Source: Candidatus Micrarchaeia archaeon (GTDB taxonomy: Archaea; Micrarchaeota; Micrarchaeia; CAILAH01). Taken from it: DNA of 64,000 nucleotides. Shown here one piece after another: positions 28,878 through 39,736 of this stretch; the stretch's first letter is position 1; each line of letters opens with the position of its first letter. The stretch is from the NCBI GenBank assembly GCA_038874595.1, contig JAVZCB010000002.1, positions 32,001-96,000 on the forward strand, read 5' to 3'. Both the position numbers and the translations under genes were made by a program. Below the pieces are notes generated by a model, which ran no database searches, was not told the origin of the DNA, and worked only from the letters and a program-made list of their open reading frames with translations.

Positions 28878-29184
28878 TATGGATAAAGACCTGGAAGAAC
28901 TGCGTAGGAAAAAAATGGATGAAATGCTTAATAGTAACAAGAATGGCCATAACATCATAATATACAGGACGCCAACGTGCCCATACTGCCATATGGCTGC
29001 GGAGTACCTGAGGAGGTTGGGTGTTGAGTTCAGGGAAGTTGATGTAAGCAGGGACCAGGCCGCTGCAATTGAGATGATAAGAAAAAGCGGACAGATGGGC
29101 GTACCTGTGATTGATATAGATGGAATGATAATTATTGGGTTTGATAGATTGGCCATAGATAGTGCGTTATCAAAAGTAAGATAA
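28867..29184 (+). CDS. Glutaredoxin-like protein (NrdH/YruB type)
   Basis: CPYC active site and SGQMGVPV. Confidence 0.92.
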   Translation: MRVDMDKDLEELRRKKMDEMLNSNKNGHNIIIYRTPTCPYCHMAAEYLRRLGVEFREVDVSRDQAAAIEMIRKSGQMGVPVIDIDGMIIIGFDRLAIDSALSKVR

Positions 29185-29199
29185 GCTAAGTCAGAAAGG

Positions 29200-29688
29200 C
29201 TAGTACGGCCTTCCTCCTTTCATTTTCCATCTTTCAAAAAGCTGAAGACATTCCTTGCGCATAAAAGATGGGATGATATTTATTTTCAGTCGGCCGAGAT
29301 GCTTTAGTTGTATGTCCCGCACCTTTATCTCATTAAAGCCGTAGCGCGCCGCATCAGATATCGTTGTACCGTATATGATTGTGCTTATTCGCGCCCAGTG
29401 TATTGCTGAGAAGCACATCGGGCACGGCTCGGTAGTAGAGTATATTGTGCATCCAGATAGATTAAGAGATTTGAGCTTCTTGCACGCTTTCCTGATGGCG
29501 TTAACCTCCGCGTGTGCTGTAGAGTCACAGCTCTTGAAGACAGTATTATGGGCGATTGATATAACCTTGCCATCCTTGCTAACTATAGACGCACCGAACG
29601 GGCCGCCTTCACCTTTTGTAATTCCTTGAATTGCCGATTTTATGGCAAGCTGCATATACTCTTCTTTTGGTGTTTCTAACTTTCTCAT
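29200..29688 (-). CDS. Nucleoside/guanine deaminase (CDA-like zinc fold)
   Basis: GGPFGA, HAEVNAIR, EPCPMC, AIHWARI. Confidence 0.9.
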   Translation of the reverse strand: MRKLETPKEEYMQLAIKSAIQGITKGEGGPFGASIVSKDGKVISIAHNTVFKSCDSTAHAEVNAIRKACKKLKSLNLSGCTIYSTTEPCPMCFSAIHWARISTIIYGTTISDAARYGFNEIKVRDIQLKHLGRLKINIIPSFMRKECLQLFERWKMKGGRPY

Positions 29689-29738
29689 TAATGTAAACTC
29701 TCCACCAAACTTAAAAAGTGTTAAACAGAAGATAATTC

Positions 29739-30602
29739 ATGGCAAAACCCTCTTGGCTGAAGATAGGGTTACCAAGCCGAAAGTATGAAGATACAAAACG
29801 TATCCTTTCATCCCTGGGAATTACTACTGTGTGCAAGGAGGCAAAATGTCCTAACGTGAATGAGTGCTGGGGAAGAGGGACTGCAACGTTTATGGTCCTA
29901 GGTGATGTATGCACGCGCGGGTGCAAATTCTGTAACACAAAAACGGCACAGTGCGGCAGGGAGGTGGACCAGAAAGAGCCGGACAGGATTGCAAAGGCCG
30001 TGCTTGCACTTAACCTTAATTATGTTGTTATTACTAGTGTTGACAGGGATGACCTTGACGATTTAGGGGCGGGGCATTTTGCAAGATGTGTTGCTGAGGT
30101 TAAGAAAAAAACTAACGCGAGAGTTGAGGTATTAACACCAGACTTCCAGGGAAAAACAAGCCTTGTTGATATGGTTTGTGAGGTGGGTCCTGAAGTGTTC
30201 GGGCATAATGTTGAGACTGTTGAGAGGCTGCAGAAAATTGTCCGGGATTCAAGGTGCGATTATGAAACCTCACTTAAAGTGCTGAGGCATGCTGCAAGCA
30301 AGCACAGTGGCATTATCACAAAATCTGCACTTATGGTAGGGATGGGAGAGAGTGTGGAGGAGGTTATTGGAACACTTGAAGATTTGAGAAATGCTGGTGT
30401 GCGGGCGGTTGCAATCGGGCAATACCTCCAGCCAACAAAAAGGCATTATCCTGTAAAGGAGTATGTTACGCCGGGAAAATTTGCTGCGTATGAGAAGGCA
30501 GCAAGGGAGATGGGGTTTGACTTTGTTGAGTGTGGCCCATTCGTTAGGAGCTCATACAAGGCGTGGGAGATGTTCTCCACAGGATATAATACTTTGTGCT
30601 GA
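29739..30602 (+). CDS. lipA: Lipoyl synthase
   Basis: CKEAKCPNVNEC, CTRGCKFC, VRSSY. Confidence 0.97.
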   Translation: MAKPSWLKIGLPSRKYEDTKRILSSLGITTVCKEAKCPNVNECWGRGTATFMVLGDVCTRGCKFCNTKTAQCGREVDQKEPDRIAKAVLALNLNYVVITSVDRDDLDDLGAGHFARCVAEVKKKTNARVEVLTPDFQGKTSLVDMVCEVGPEVFGHNVETVERLQKIVRDSRCDYETSLKVLRHAASKHSGIITKSALMVGMGESVEEVIGTLEDLRNAGVRAVAIGQYLQPTKRHYPVKEYVTPGKFAAYEKAAREMGFDFVECGPFVRSSYKAWEMFSTGYNTLC

Positions 30603-30629
30603 TTTCTTAGTTGGGGGAAGAGGTGCTGT

Positions 30630-31715
30630 GTGATGGTAATAAAGAAGGTATTTTCTGCGGGTGTTGATTATATACAGGTGCTTGATGAAAACGGAAAGGC
30701 CGATAAGGCACTTGAAAAAGAGCTTGTTAAGGACGGGCTGAAAAGGGAGCATCTCATCGCGCTTTACCGTTATATGGTCACTGCGCGCGTGCTTGATGAG
30801 AAAGCCATAAACCTGCAGAGGCAGGGCAGATTGCTTACATATGCACCGTGCAAAGGAGAGGAGGCAATATCAGTAGGCACATCATTTGCGCTCAATAAGG
30901 ACGATTGGGTTGTGCCTTCGTACAGGGAGCAGGGGATGTACGTTACAAGAGGCGTGCCCCTGAAATATTTCATGATGTATTTTATGGGGTTTGAGGAAGG
31001 CAACCACCTTCCTGATGAATTCAACATAACACCTGTATGCGTACCAGTAGCAACGCACTTCCCGCACGCTGCTGGGATTGGGATTGCACTCAGGTATAAA
31101 GGGGAGAACAAGGTTGTGATGACATATACAGGAGATGGCGGGACTTCTGAAGGAGATTTTTATGAGGCAATTAATTTTGCAGGTGTTTACAACGCGCCCG
31201 TGGTTTTTGTCATAAGAAACAACCAGTGGGCGATTTCTGTGCCAAGGAAAAAGCAGACTGCTGCAAAGACTATTGCACAGAAAGGCATTGCTGCAGGGAT
31301 TAATTGTATGCAGGCAGATGGGAACGATGTGCTCGCAATGTATTACACTGCCAAGAAAGCCGTTGAGAGGGCAAGAAAAGGGGATGGCCCAACGCTTATT
31401 GAAGCAGTATCATATAGGATGAGCATGCACACAACTGCTGATGACCCTAAGAGGTATATGCCGGAAGAAGAGATTGAGGCATGGAAAAAGAAAGACCCGA
31501 TTGAGAGATTCAGGAAATACCTGAAAGCAAAGAGAATATTGAACGAGGCACTTGAAAAGAGAATCTTAAAGCAGGCGAACACAGATGTTGAGCATGCTGT
31601 TGAAGAGGCCGAGGCGTTCAGGACTGATTACACGCATATGTTCAAGAGCGTTTATGAGAGGATACCTGCCGAGCTTGAAGAGCAGATGGAGGAAGCGGGA
31701 AGATTTGCAAGGTAG
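30630..31715 (+). CDS. pdhA: Pyruvate/2-oxoacid dehydrogenase E1 alpha
   Basis: GDGGTSEGDFYE...NNQWAIS TPP motif; HTTADDP. Confidence 0.93.
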   Translation: MMVIKKVFSAGVDYIQVLDENGKADKALEKELVKDGLKREHLIALYRYMVTARVLDEKAINLQRQGRLLTYAPCKGEEAISVGTSFALNKDDWVVPSYREQGMYVTRGVPLKYFMMYFMGFEEGNHLPDEFNITPVCVPVATHFPHAAGIGIALRYKGENKVVMTYTGDGGTSEGDFYEAINFAGVYNAPVVFVIRNNQWAISVPRKKQTAAKTIAQKGIAAGINCMQADGNDVLAMYYTAKKAVERARKGDGPTLIEAVSYRMSMHTTADDPKRYMPEEEIEAWKKKDPIERFRKYLKAKRILNEALEKRILKQANTDVEHAVEEAEAFRTDYTHMFKSVYERIPAELEEQMEEAGRFAR

Positions 31716-31768
31716 GTGATCTTATGAATGGTTATATGAAGATGTGTTGTTTTGTGAGGGGTGGTTGA

Positions 31769-32746
31769 ATGGCTGAAGTTAATATGATTCAGGCAATCAA
31801 CATGGCGCTTGCACAGGAGATGGAGAGGGATAAGAGGATTGTAGTGTTCGGTGAAGATGTTGGCAAGAACGGTGGAGTGTTCAGGGTGACGGACGGACTT
31901 CTGGAAAAGTTTGGCGAGAAAAGGGTGTTTGACACGCCTCTTGCCGAGTCTGGGATAATTGGCACTGCTGTTGGGATGGCATATGCTGGGCTGCGGCCAA
32001 TACCTGAAATACAATTTGATGGGTTCTCTTTTCTCGCTTACAACCAGATCAATGCGCACATGGCAAGGATGAGGAACAGGACACGCGGCAGGTATCCAAT
32101 GCCAATAATCCTCAGGCTACCGTACGGTGGTGGGGTACGGGCACTTGAGCTCCACTCTGAGCCTATTGAAGGGATGTTTGCAAACATACCTGGAATCACA
32201 ATTGTTATGCCTTCCGGCCCGTACGAGGCAAAGGGGCTGCTTGCAGCTGCTGCTGAACTTAACGACCCTGTGCTGTTCCTGGAGCATAAGCGTCTTTACA
32301 GGGCATTTAAGGAGGAGGTCCCTGAGAAGAGATACACGCTGCCGATAGGCAAATGCAAGATTGTACGGGAGGGTAGTGATGTTACCATAGTTGCATGGGG
32401 TGCAATGGTCAAGATTGCCGAGAATACTGCAAAGGAGCTCAGCAATGAAGGGATAAGCTGTGAAATTATAGATGTGCGGACAATCAAGCCGCTTGATGAT
32501 AAGATGATTATTGATTCTGTGAGAAAGACGGGAAGGCTCGTGATTGTGCAGGAAGCAATGCGCAGCTTCAGTGCAGCTTCGGAGATATCTGCACGTGTAG
32601 CTGAAAAGGCGATTATGAGCTTGCGTGCACCTGTTGTAAGAGTTACTGGGTACGATGTGCCCGTGCCTCTGCCAAAGCTTGAGGAGTTCTTCCTGCCAAA
32701 TGAGAGAAAAGTAAAAAGTGCTGTGCTTGATGTAATGAGGTATTAG
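31769..32746 (+). CDS. pdhB: Pyruvate/2-oxoacid dehydrogenase E1 beta
   Basis: GEDVGKNGGVFR, DTPLAE, EIQF, LHSE. Confidence 0.93.
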   Translation: MAEVNMIQAINMALAQEMERDKRIVVFGEDVGKNGGVFRVTDGLLEKFGEKRVFDTPLAESGIIGTAVGMAYAGLRPIPEIQFDGFSFLAYNQINAHMARMRNRTRGRYPMPIILRLPYGGGVRALELHSEPIEGMFANIPGITIVMPSGPYEAKGLLAAAAELNDPVLFLEHKRLYRAFKEEVPEKRYTLPIGKCKIVREGSDVTIVAWGAMVKIAENTAKELSNEGISCEIIDVRTIKPLDDKMIIDSVRKTGRLVIVQEAMRSFSAASEISARVAEKAIMSLRAPVVRVTGYDVPVPLPKLEEFFLPNERKVKSAVLDVMRY

Positions 32747-32759
32747 TGAGGGTAGTAAG

Positions 32760-33314
32760 GTGCTTATGATGAAACGGGTTGCCAGAAACAGCAGAGGAAT
32801 TGCCATTGTGCAAAAGCGTGATGGTAATATCAAGCAGTCTTACAGGACAGGGCTTGGTTTCGGTACGGTATCCGGTGTCATAACAACGCTCGGCCTTATA
32901 ATGGGGCTGGATGCGGGGACACATTCCACGGCAGCTGTGCTTGGTGGGATTATAACGATTGCAATCGCGGATGCGCTTTCTGATGCGCTTGGCATACATG
33001 TATCTGAGGAATCAAGCAAAGATACAACTGAAAGGAGTGTTTGGGAATCAACACTTGCAACGTTTGCAACTAAACTTATAATTGCACTCACGTTTGCCGT
33101 GCCGGTGCTGTTGCTCCCGTTGGATACGGCAGTGATTGCATCGGTAGCTTGGGGCATGCTTCTGCTTGGTGCGCTCAGCGTGTACATCGCAAGACTGAAA
33201 AAGGAAAATGCATACAATGTGCTTGCAGAGCATTGGGGGATTGCCGTGCTTGTGCTGCTCGTTACGTACCTTGTTGGCACGTATGTTGTAAGCCCCATGG
33301 TTGGTGCGGCTTAG
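32760..33314 (+). CDS. VIT1/CCC1-like membrane protein
   Basis: FG..SGVITTLGL...IADALSDALGIHVSEE; start uncertain. Confidence 0.8.
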   Translation: MLMMKRVARNSRGIAIVQKRDGNIKQSYRTGLGFGTVSGVITTLGLIMGLDAGTHSTAAVLGGIITIAIADALSDALGIHVSEESSKDTTERSVWESTLATFATKLIIALTFAVPVLLLPLDTAVIASVAWGMLLLGALSVYIARLKKENAYNVLAEHWGIAVLVLLVTYLVGTYVVSPMVGAA

Positions 33315-33323
33315 AAGAGGTGT

Positions 33324-34763
33324 ATGAAAATGGTGTTTGAATTTAGGCTTCCGGACCTCGGTGAAGGCATGGAAGAGGCCACGATAATAAAATGGCTTGT
33401 TAAACCTGGGGACATTGTCAAAAAGGACCAGAAAGTGGCGGAGGTAGAAACGGATAAGGCGGTGGTTGAGCTGCCTTCACCTTTTGAGGGAAAGGTGCTA
33501 GAGCTAAAATTCAGGCCTGGTGATACTGTTAAGGTTGGCAGTGTATTGTTAACGATAGGCCCTACAACTGCAAAGCTTGAGGTTGAAATGAAAGAGGATA
33601 ATGAAAAAGCAAATGCTGTTGAAGCACCGCGTGAAGTTCTTGCAACGCCACGTATCAGGGCACTTGCAAGAGAGCTTGGTGTAGATATCGCGCTTGTAAA
33701 GGGAAGTGGTGTGCACGGTGAAATCACGGAGGAGGATGTAAGAACAGCTGCGGCAAAGAAAAGGCCTATCCTGCGCGAGTTGGACCGTAATGAAAAGATG
33801 CGTATTGTTGAGAGGGTGCATGAGCACCCGCCGGCCGTTCAGGCAGTACCGCGTGCGCGCGACCTCGCAAAAAAGATGGGGATAGACTTGTCAAAGGTTG
33901 CAGGGACCGGGCCTGGCGGGGTAATACTTGAGCGTGATGTACAAAGCGCTGCTGAGAGGTTGGAGAGCATTGTCAAGGTTGATAAAATCAAGAAGGATGA
34001 GAAGGTTTCATCAATAGATGAGAAAATCACACATCCGCTTAAAGGTGAGCTGGCCAAATATGTGGAGGTGCGCATACCTATCAAAGGTGTAAGAAAGGCG
34101 ATCATGGCACGGTTGGGAAAATCAAACTGTGTTGCTGTGCAGGCCACTGCCATTGAAGATGCTGATGTGACTTCACTTGTGGAGATACGCGAGCGCGAGA
34201 AGATAAATGCTGCAAAGGATGGGATACATCTTACCTACCTGCCATTTGTGATAAAGGCCGCTGTGATTGCGCTTAAGAGGCATCCGTGGCTAAATTCAAC
34301 AATAGATGAGCACACAAACGAGTTTGTGATTAAGAAATACTACAACATTGGTATTGCTGTTGATACTGAGGATGGGTTAATAGTGCCTGTGGTGAAAGAT
34401 GTTGACCTAAAGAGCATTATGGATATTGCACGCGAAATAATGGTTCTTTCAGAAAAGGCACGAAAGAGGGAACTCTCGCCGGATGAGATTAGCGGCGGGA
34501 CTTTTACAATATCAAACTGGGGGTCGATAGGTGCAACGTATGGCGTGCCGGTGCTAAATTATCCTGAGTGTGCTATCCTGGGTGTGGGAAAAATACAAAA
34601 GAAGCCTGTTGTGGTAGGAAACAGTATTGTGATAAGGGATATTCTACCTCTATCGCTCACGTTCGACCACCGGATAACTGATGGCGCGGAGGCGGCAAGG
34701 TTCCTGCTCGAAGTGAAAAAGCACCTAGAGGACCCTGGCAAGCTGCTGGTTGATATAGTATAA
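33324..34763 (+). CDS. pdhC: Dihydrolipoamide acyltransferase E2
   Basis: Lipoyl domain ETDKA, two E3-binding domains, DHRITDG. Confidence 0.93.
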   Translation: MKMVFEFRLPDLGEGMEEATIIKWLVKPGDIVKKDQKVAEVETDKAVVELPSPFEGKVLELKFRPGDTVKVGSVLLTIGPTTAKLEVEMKEDNEKANAVEAPREVLATPRIRALARELGVDIALVKGSGVHGEITEEDVRTAAAKKRPILRELDRNEKMRIVERVHEHPPAVQAVPRARDLAKKMGIDLSKVAGTGPGGVILERDVQSAAERLESIVKVDKIKKDEKVSSIDEKITHPLKGELAKYVEVRIPIKGVRKAIMARLGKSNCVAVQATAIEDADVTSLVEIREREKINAAKDGIHLTYLPFVIKAAVIALKRHPWLNSTIDEHTNEFVIKKYYNIGIAVDTEDGLIVPVVKDVDLKSIMDIAREIMVLSEKARKRELSPDEISGGTFTISNWGSIGATYGVPVLNYPECAILGVGKIQKKPVVVGNSIVIRDILPLSLTFDHRITDGAEAARFLLEVKKHLEDPGKLLVDIV

Positions 34764-34764
34764 T

Positions 34765-35532
34765 TTAAGATGCCATCTGTGGCATGAAGGACATCCATAG
34801 GCCCAGCAGGGATGCCCAAAGTATTAATAGCAGGACTATTACTACCAATATAACAACTAATAGCGGTAGCACGATTATGATGATAGTCTTTAAGCTGCTC
34901 ACTTTATGGACTTCCCTTAGTGCCAAGAACTTCAGGTATATGCTGTAAACCCATACAAACAGTAATACTACCTCAAGAGGAAATAGAAGACAAGCACAAG
35001 CAGTCCCGACCGTCGGGATTGATGTAAGCGCGCTGGATAAGTTAATCAAGATGTATATTGGGAGCATGATGATGAACATGCCCAGATGTGGCATTACGCT
35101 TGCAAAAAGATGCCTGCTGAAATTTGCGGTTCCACCTAATAGCTTTGCAAGAATAAACTCAAAACCAGCATATAACAGACTCAATATGGGTGAAATGAGT
35201 GCTATAACAGAAGATAGTGCAAAGATTACAACAAGCAAGGAAATTAAAGCTATAAATGCCACTGGGTTTACCACATATTGTATAAGCAGTTGTGGCAGGT
35301 AGCTAAAAATTGCAGATATGACCAACCCTAACAGTGCCACCACATAAAGGTCGATGAGTATGCTGGGCACGGTTACATTTTTGGCTTCTGCCACTATTTT
35401 TAAGGGGTTAAGGAAGAAATTTTTCCATAGCTCCGCTTTTTTGTAGGGAATAAAAGATATCAGCAAATCAACTATGCCGAGGTATTTTTTTAGTATATCA
35501 TCAAGCTCATCAAGCTGTGTCATAATATTCAC
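34765..35532 (-). CDS. Yip1-like membrane protein
   Basis: Multi-TM protein with LAKLLGG and LREVHKVS motifs. Confidence 0.75.
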   Translation of the reverse strand: MNIMTQLDELDDILKKYLGIVDLLISFIPYKKAELWKNFFLNPLKIVAEAKNVTVPSILIDLYVVALLGLVISAIFSYLPQLLIQYVVNPVAFIALISLLVVIFALSSVIALISPILSLLYAGFEFILAKLLGGTANFSRHLFASVMPHLGMFIIMLPIYILINLSSALTSIPTVGTACACLLFPLEVVLLFVWVYSIYLKFLALREVHKVSSLKTIIIIVLPLLVVILVVIVLLLILWASLLGLWMSFMPQMAS

Positions 35533-35596
35533 CTGTGGTTATCTGGCTTTACATCTTATTGCTATATTTTATATATGTTTGATGAGAGCTTAAAAC

Positions 35597-37018
35597 ATGG
35601 TTATGGGGGAAATAGGAAAGGAACGCACACTCGTAATTATAGGTGGCGGCCCTGCTGGATATATGGCTGCAATACGTGCAGGCCAGCTTGGCATAGATAC
35701 TATACTCATTGAAAAGGAAGAAATTGGTGGTGAGTGTTTAAACAGGGGTTGCATTCCATCAAAAATGCTGTTGAACGCATCATCACTTGTACGTGATGCT
35801 AGTTATTTAAGGAGGATTGGGATTTCAGCAAAGATTGGGAATATTGATATGAAAAAGGTAAAAGCGGAAAACCTGAGGGTTATCGAAAAGTTAAGGAGAG
35901 GTGTTATGTTTTTATTAAACAGTTATGGCATAGAAATAATCGAAGGTGAGGCCCGTTTTGAGTCCTCTAATCACATACTCGTAAAGAGAACGGATGAAAG
36001 TGTAGAAAGCATAAGGTTCAAGAACGCCATAATTGCCACGGGCTCAATCCCGTATATTCCAAAAGAGGCAAAGCTGGGAAAAAATATTATTACATCACGC
36101 GAGGCACTATTCCTTGACAAGCTCCCAAAGAAAATTGTCATAATTGGGGCAGGATATATTGCGGCTGAGCTTGGGACATTTTTTGCTGAGATGGGATGCA
36201 ATGTTAGCCTGCTTGCACGGTCGAGATTCCTGTCAAGGTTTGACCCGGAACTGGTGTCTGAAGTGCTGAAATCAAAAAGCAATAAGATAAGCATATATGA
36301 TAAAAGCTCTGTGGTTTCAGTAAAAGAGGATGGGAAAGGTGTAGTTGTGGAATTTACGGCAGGTGATAAGGGAAAACTGCAAAAGCTCCGCGCAGATAAG
36401 GTTATAATAGCTATCGGGAGAGCACCTAACACGACCAGTCTTGGGCTGGAAAATACCAATGTAAAAACAGATAAGGATGGATTTATAATGGTAAATGAGA
36501 AACTGCAGACAAGCGACCCAAACATATATGCGGCAGGGGATTGTGTAAAAGGCCCGATGCTTGCACACAAGGCGTTTATGCAAGGGTTTGTTGCAGCTGA
36601 GGCCATCGCAGGAATTAAAAGCAGTGCGTTTGAGCCGCGCTGTATCCCTGAAATAGTGTTCACAAACCCAGAGATTGCAGTTGTGGGGCTTGATGAGGAA
36701 GAGGCAAGAAAAAGAGGATATGACTTAAAGATTGCAAGGTTTCCTTTCTCTGCACTTGGCAGGGCAGTTGCAGTATCCCGTGAGGACGGATTTGTAAAAT
36801 TAATCTGTGACAAGAGCAATAGAGTGCTCGGGGCGGGAATCGTTGGAAAGCATGCATCAGAGCTTGCAGGGGAGATTGGGATTGCAATTGAGATGAACGC
36901 ATACCTTGAGGATATGTTTGCAACCGTACACGCACATCCTACGTTTTATGAATCGATACACGAAGCTGCGGGGATATCTCTTGGCAGGCCGATGCACTAC
37001 CTACCCAAAAGAAAATAA
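35597..37018 (+). CDS. lpdA: Dihydrolipoamide dehydrogenase E3
   Basis: GGGPAGY, GGECLNRGCIPSK, HAHPTFYE. Confidence 0.96.
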   Translation: MVMGEIGKERTLVIIGGGPAGYMAAIRAGQLGIDTILIEKEEIGGECLNRGCIPSKMLLNASSLVRDASYLRRIGISAKIGNIDMKKVKAENLRVIEKLRRGVMFLLNSYGIEIIEGEARFESSNHILVKRTDESVESIRFKNAIIATGSIPYIPKEAKLGKNIITSREALFLDKLPKKIVIIGAGYIAAELGTFFAEMGCNVSLLARSRFLSRFDPELVSEVLKSKSNKISIYDKSSVVSVKEDGKGVVVEFTAGDKGKLQKLRADKVIIAIGRAPNTTSLGLENTNVKTDKDGFIMVNEKLQTSDPNIYAAGDCVKGPMLAHKAFMQGFVAAEAIAGIKSSAFEPRCIPEIVFTNPEIAVVGLDEEEARKRGYDLKIARFPFSALGRAVAVSREDGFVKLICDKSNRVLGAGIVGKHASELAGEIGIAIEMNAYLEDMFATVHAHPTFYESIHEAAGISLGRPMHYLPKRK

Positions 37019-37091
37019 ACTGCACTTGGTATTATTGGCCTTTTAAAGAGCTTCCAAAACCCTTGGGAAAATTCCGCTTTTGCTGTGCCAG

Positions 37092-37868
37092 TTATCTCCA
37101 GAAATTCCAATCACGTGAGGAATATTTTGATTTCGCGAGCCAGTACGCATCAGCCAGCTCTTCCTGCGTGAACGTGCCAAAGCTGAACTCCTTACCTGCG
37201 CAGAACGCATCAAGTACCGAAGCGTAAAGAGCATCAAAAGAAACTGAATCACCGGTAAGCTCCCTTATGCTTGTTACCCTCTCCTTTGCTGATTGTATCA
37301 TCTTATCACGAATTTTTGTATCTGGCACTTTGAGGCACCTGAACATAGTTTCAGCATCCAGGCCATACAAGATCGTCCCGTGCTGCTGCAGGATTCCGTC
37401 CCTGCGCGTCTGCGCGTTCCCGGATATTTTCCTGCCGCTTGTAACAATATCGTTGATGGGCTTGAACTCTGCATGTATACCAACACCTGCAAGCCCCTCA
37501 ATTATCCAGTTGCATATTATTTTGTAAGATGCTATAATATCTTTGGGAAACATATTCTCTGGTGCTAGCACACTATACGTGAGCTCGCCCTTTGAGTCGT
37601 GATATACTGCACCGCCCCCAGTCCGCCTTCTTACAAAATTTATGCCATTTTGGGTGCAGTAGTTTATATCAACTTCGCGCTCAATCTCCTGGAAATATCC
37701 TATGGATACGGCCGATGGTGACCATGTGTAAAAGCGTATTGTCGGTGGGGAGGCACCTCTTGAAATGGCACGGCATACTGCCTCATCAAGCGCCATGTTC
37801 AGGGCGGCATCATGTTCAGTTAGTTGTATAACCCGCCACTTCGTATCAGGCATCATCAATCGCCTCAC
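37092..37868 (-). CDS. lplA: Lipoate-protein ligase catalytic subunit (LplA/LipM family)
   Basis: NMALDE, RRRTGGGAVYHD, KISGNAQ, QHGT. Confidence 0.9.
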   Translation of the reverse strand: MRRLMMPDTKWRVIQLTEHDAALNMALDEAVCRAISRGASPPTIRFYTWSPSAVSIGYFQEIEREVDINYCTQNGINFVRRRTGGGAVYHDSKGELTYSVLAPENMFPKDIIASYKIICNWIIEGLAGVGIHAEFKPINDIVTSGRKISGNAQTRRDGILQQHGTILYGLDAETMFRCLKVPDTKIRDKMIQSAKERVTSIRELTGDSVSFDALYASVLDAFCAGKEFSFGTFTQEELADAYWLAKSKYSSRDWNFWR

Positions 37869-38127
37869 TTATCATATCTGAAATATCTGATGGAGTAAAA
37901 CCAACTATTTCTGCATTGACAGATGAAAAAACCTCTGCAACACCCTCCGCGATGTTATCCTTGTGCAAGCCAACCATCCTGCGCTCAATTTCAATGATTG
38001 CATCTTCAGGATGCATAAAAAAATCCCCTGTTATGCGTATGCTGGCAATCCTGCCTTCCATAAATTGCACATCAACCCTGACAAGCTTGCCGCCTCTTAC
38101 TTTACGCTCTATCTGGACCATATGCAA
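37846..38127 (-). CDS. Lipoate-protein ligase C-terminal subunit (LplB-like)
   Basis: KVRGGKLVRV...ITGDFFMHPE. Confidence 0.88.
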   Translation of the reverse strand: MHMVQIERKVRGGKLVRVDVQFMEGRIASIRITGDFFMHPEDAIIEIERRMVGLHKDNIAEGVAEVFSSVNAEIVGFTPSDISDMISEAIDDA

Positions 38128-38135
38128 TCACGATA

Positions 38136-38522
38136 CTATCTTTTGTTTGTTTTATTATGTATCACCTTGCTGCACGCTATGCGGAACGCATCAAGGGAAA
38201 CCTTAACACAACCTACCCTGCCTATTGAAGGCGTAAAGCCAAGCAGGCGTATCATCGTGTTAAAATCGGATTTGCACACGTTGTTTATTTTCTTTCCTAT
38301 TATGTAGTCACAAAGCATATCCGCACTTACAGTTGCAAGTGCACAGCCGTGCCCATCGTGCCTTGCATCCTCTATAATCCCACCATTCCCAACAGAGACA
38401 TATATTGTTATGCTATCGCCGCACGGTGAGTTTGATGCACTGCCAGAAAACGAACCACGTATTTTTCCCTTGTGCTGCGGCTTCTTGTACCTTTCAGCAA
38501 GCGCTTCATAATCAATGTCCAT
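38136..38522 (-). CDS. sufU: SufU/NifU-type Fe-S scaffold
   Basis: NSPCGD, GCALA, RVGC. Confidence 0.9.
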   Translation of the reverse strand: MDIDYEALAERYKKPQHKGKIRGSFSGSASNSPCGDSITIYVSVGNGGIIEDARHDGHGCALATVSADMLCDYIIGKKINNVCKSDFNTMIRLLGFTPSIGRVGCVKVSLDAFRIACSKVIHNKTNKR

Positions 38523-38530
38523 TATAACAC

Positions 38531-39727
38531 CTACGCACCAAACACCCTCTTCACTTTTTCAAGGCCGGCAAACAGCGCATCTATGTCCTCTCTTGTATTA
38601 TAGAAGTAGAGGCTAGCACGTGCAGTATAATCAACACCCAACTGCTTGTGGAGCGGTTGTGCACAGTGATGCCCTGCTCGGATGCAGACGTTCACCTCAT
38701 CAAGAATTGCTGATACGTCATGCGGGTGTACACCCTTAATATTAAATGAAAGTATGCCTACTGCATTTTCAGTGTCCATGCTTGAATATACTTGGATGCC
38801 TTCTGTTTCGCCTGCGCGCTTGAGCATATATGCGAAGAGGCTTTTTTCTGTGCTCTCAATCCTATCAAAACCAACCTTATCCAAGTAATCCAATGCGGCT
38901 GAGAAGCCAATCACGCCTGCAATGTTTGGGGTTCCTGCCTCAAACTTCTGTGGAAGCTCTGCCGGCTCAAACCTCTGCCTATCAGCTTTTCTTATCATGC
39001 TGCCGCCGCCCATGTAGGGAGGGAGAGCGTCAAGGCTCTCTTCCCTGCCTACCAGCACACCCACACCTGTCGGCCCAAGAAGCTTATGTGCAGAAAACAC
39101 GATATAATCAGCTCCCAGCTGTGAGAAGTTAACTTTAAAGTGTGCAGCACTTTGTGCACAGTCCATAATAGTTGTTGCGCCGCACCGTTTAGCCAGCCGT
39201 ATGATTTTTACGGCATCGTTCACGGTGCCAAGCACGTTTGATACGTGCACAAACGAAACAACCTTTGGGCAGTGGGTTTCAATCTTGCTCTTAAGGTCAT
39301 CATAATCAAGGGATGTGCCATCCAGCTCAACATACTCTATGTTTATTCCTATCCTGCTTTTTAGCATAAGCCACGGGATAATGTTGCTGTGGTGCTCCAT
39401 TGCAGTCAGAAGCACCGTATCCCCTTTCTTAAGTGTTGAGCTCCCAAGCGTGGCCGCAAGCAGGTTAATTGATTCAGTAGCGTTTCTTGTGAATATCACT
39501 CCTGCTGGGGTAGCACCAAAAGCCTTGGCGGCTTTCTCGCGGGTACGCTCATACATTTCAGTAGCACGCTCGCTTATCCTGTAAACGCCCCTGTGGACAT
39601 TTGCAGGGTACTCCTTATAATACTCTGCCTCGGCCTCAATCACTTGCACAGGCTTGAGTGATGTTGCCGCATTGTCAAGGTAATGAAGCCTCCCAATTAT
39701 TGGAAAATCATTCCTGTAATCTATCAT
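38531..39727 (-). CDS. sufS: Cysteine desulfurase SufS
   Basis: YLDNAATS, FSAHK, RAGHHCAQP. Confidence 0.96.
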   Translation of the reverse strand: MIDYRNDFPIIGRLHYLDNAATSLKPVQVIEAEAEYYKEYPANVHRGVYRISERATEMYERTREKAAKAFGATPAGVIFTRNATESINLLAATLGSSTLKKGDTVLLTAMEHHSNIIPWLMLKSRIGINIEYVELDGTSLDYDDLKSKIETHCPKVVSFVHVSNVLGTVNDAVKIIRLAKRCGATTIMDCAQSAAHFKVNFSQLGADYIVFSAHKLLGPTGVGVLVGREESLDALPPYMGGGSMIRKADRQRFEPAELPQKFEAGTPNIAGVIGFSAALDYLDKVGFDRIESTEKSLFAYMLKRAGETEGIQVYSSMDTENAVGILSFNIKGVHPHDVSAILDEVNVCIRAGHHCAQPLHKQLGVDYTARASLYFYNTREDIDALFAGLEKVKRVFGA

Positions 39728-39736
39728 AATAACACC

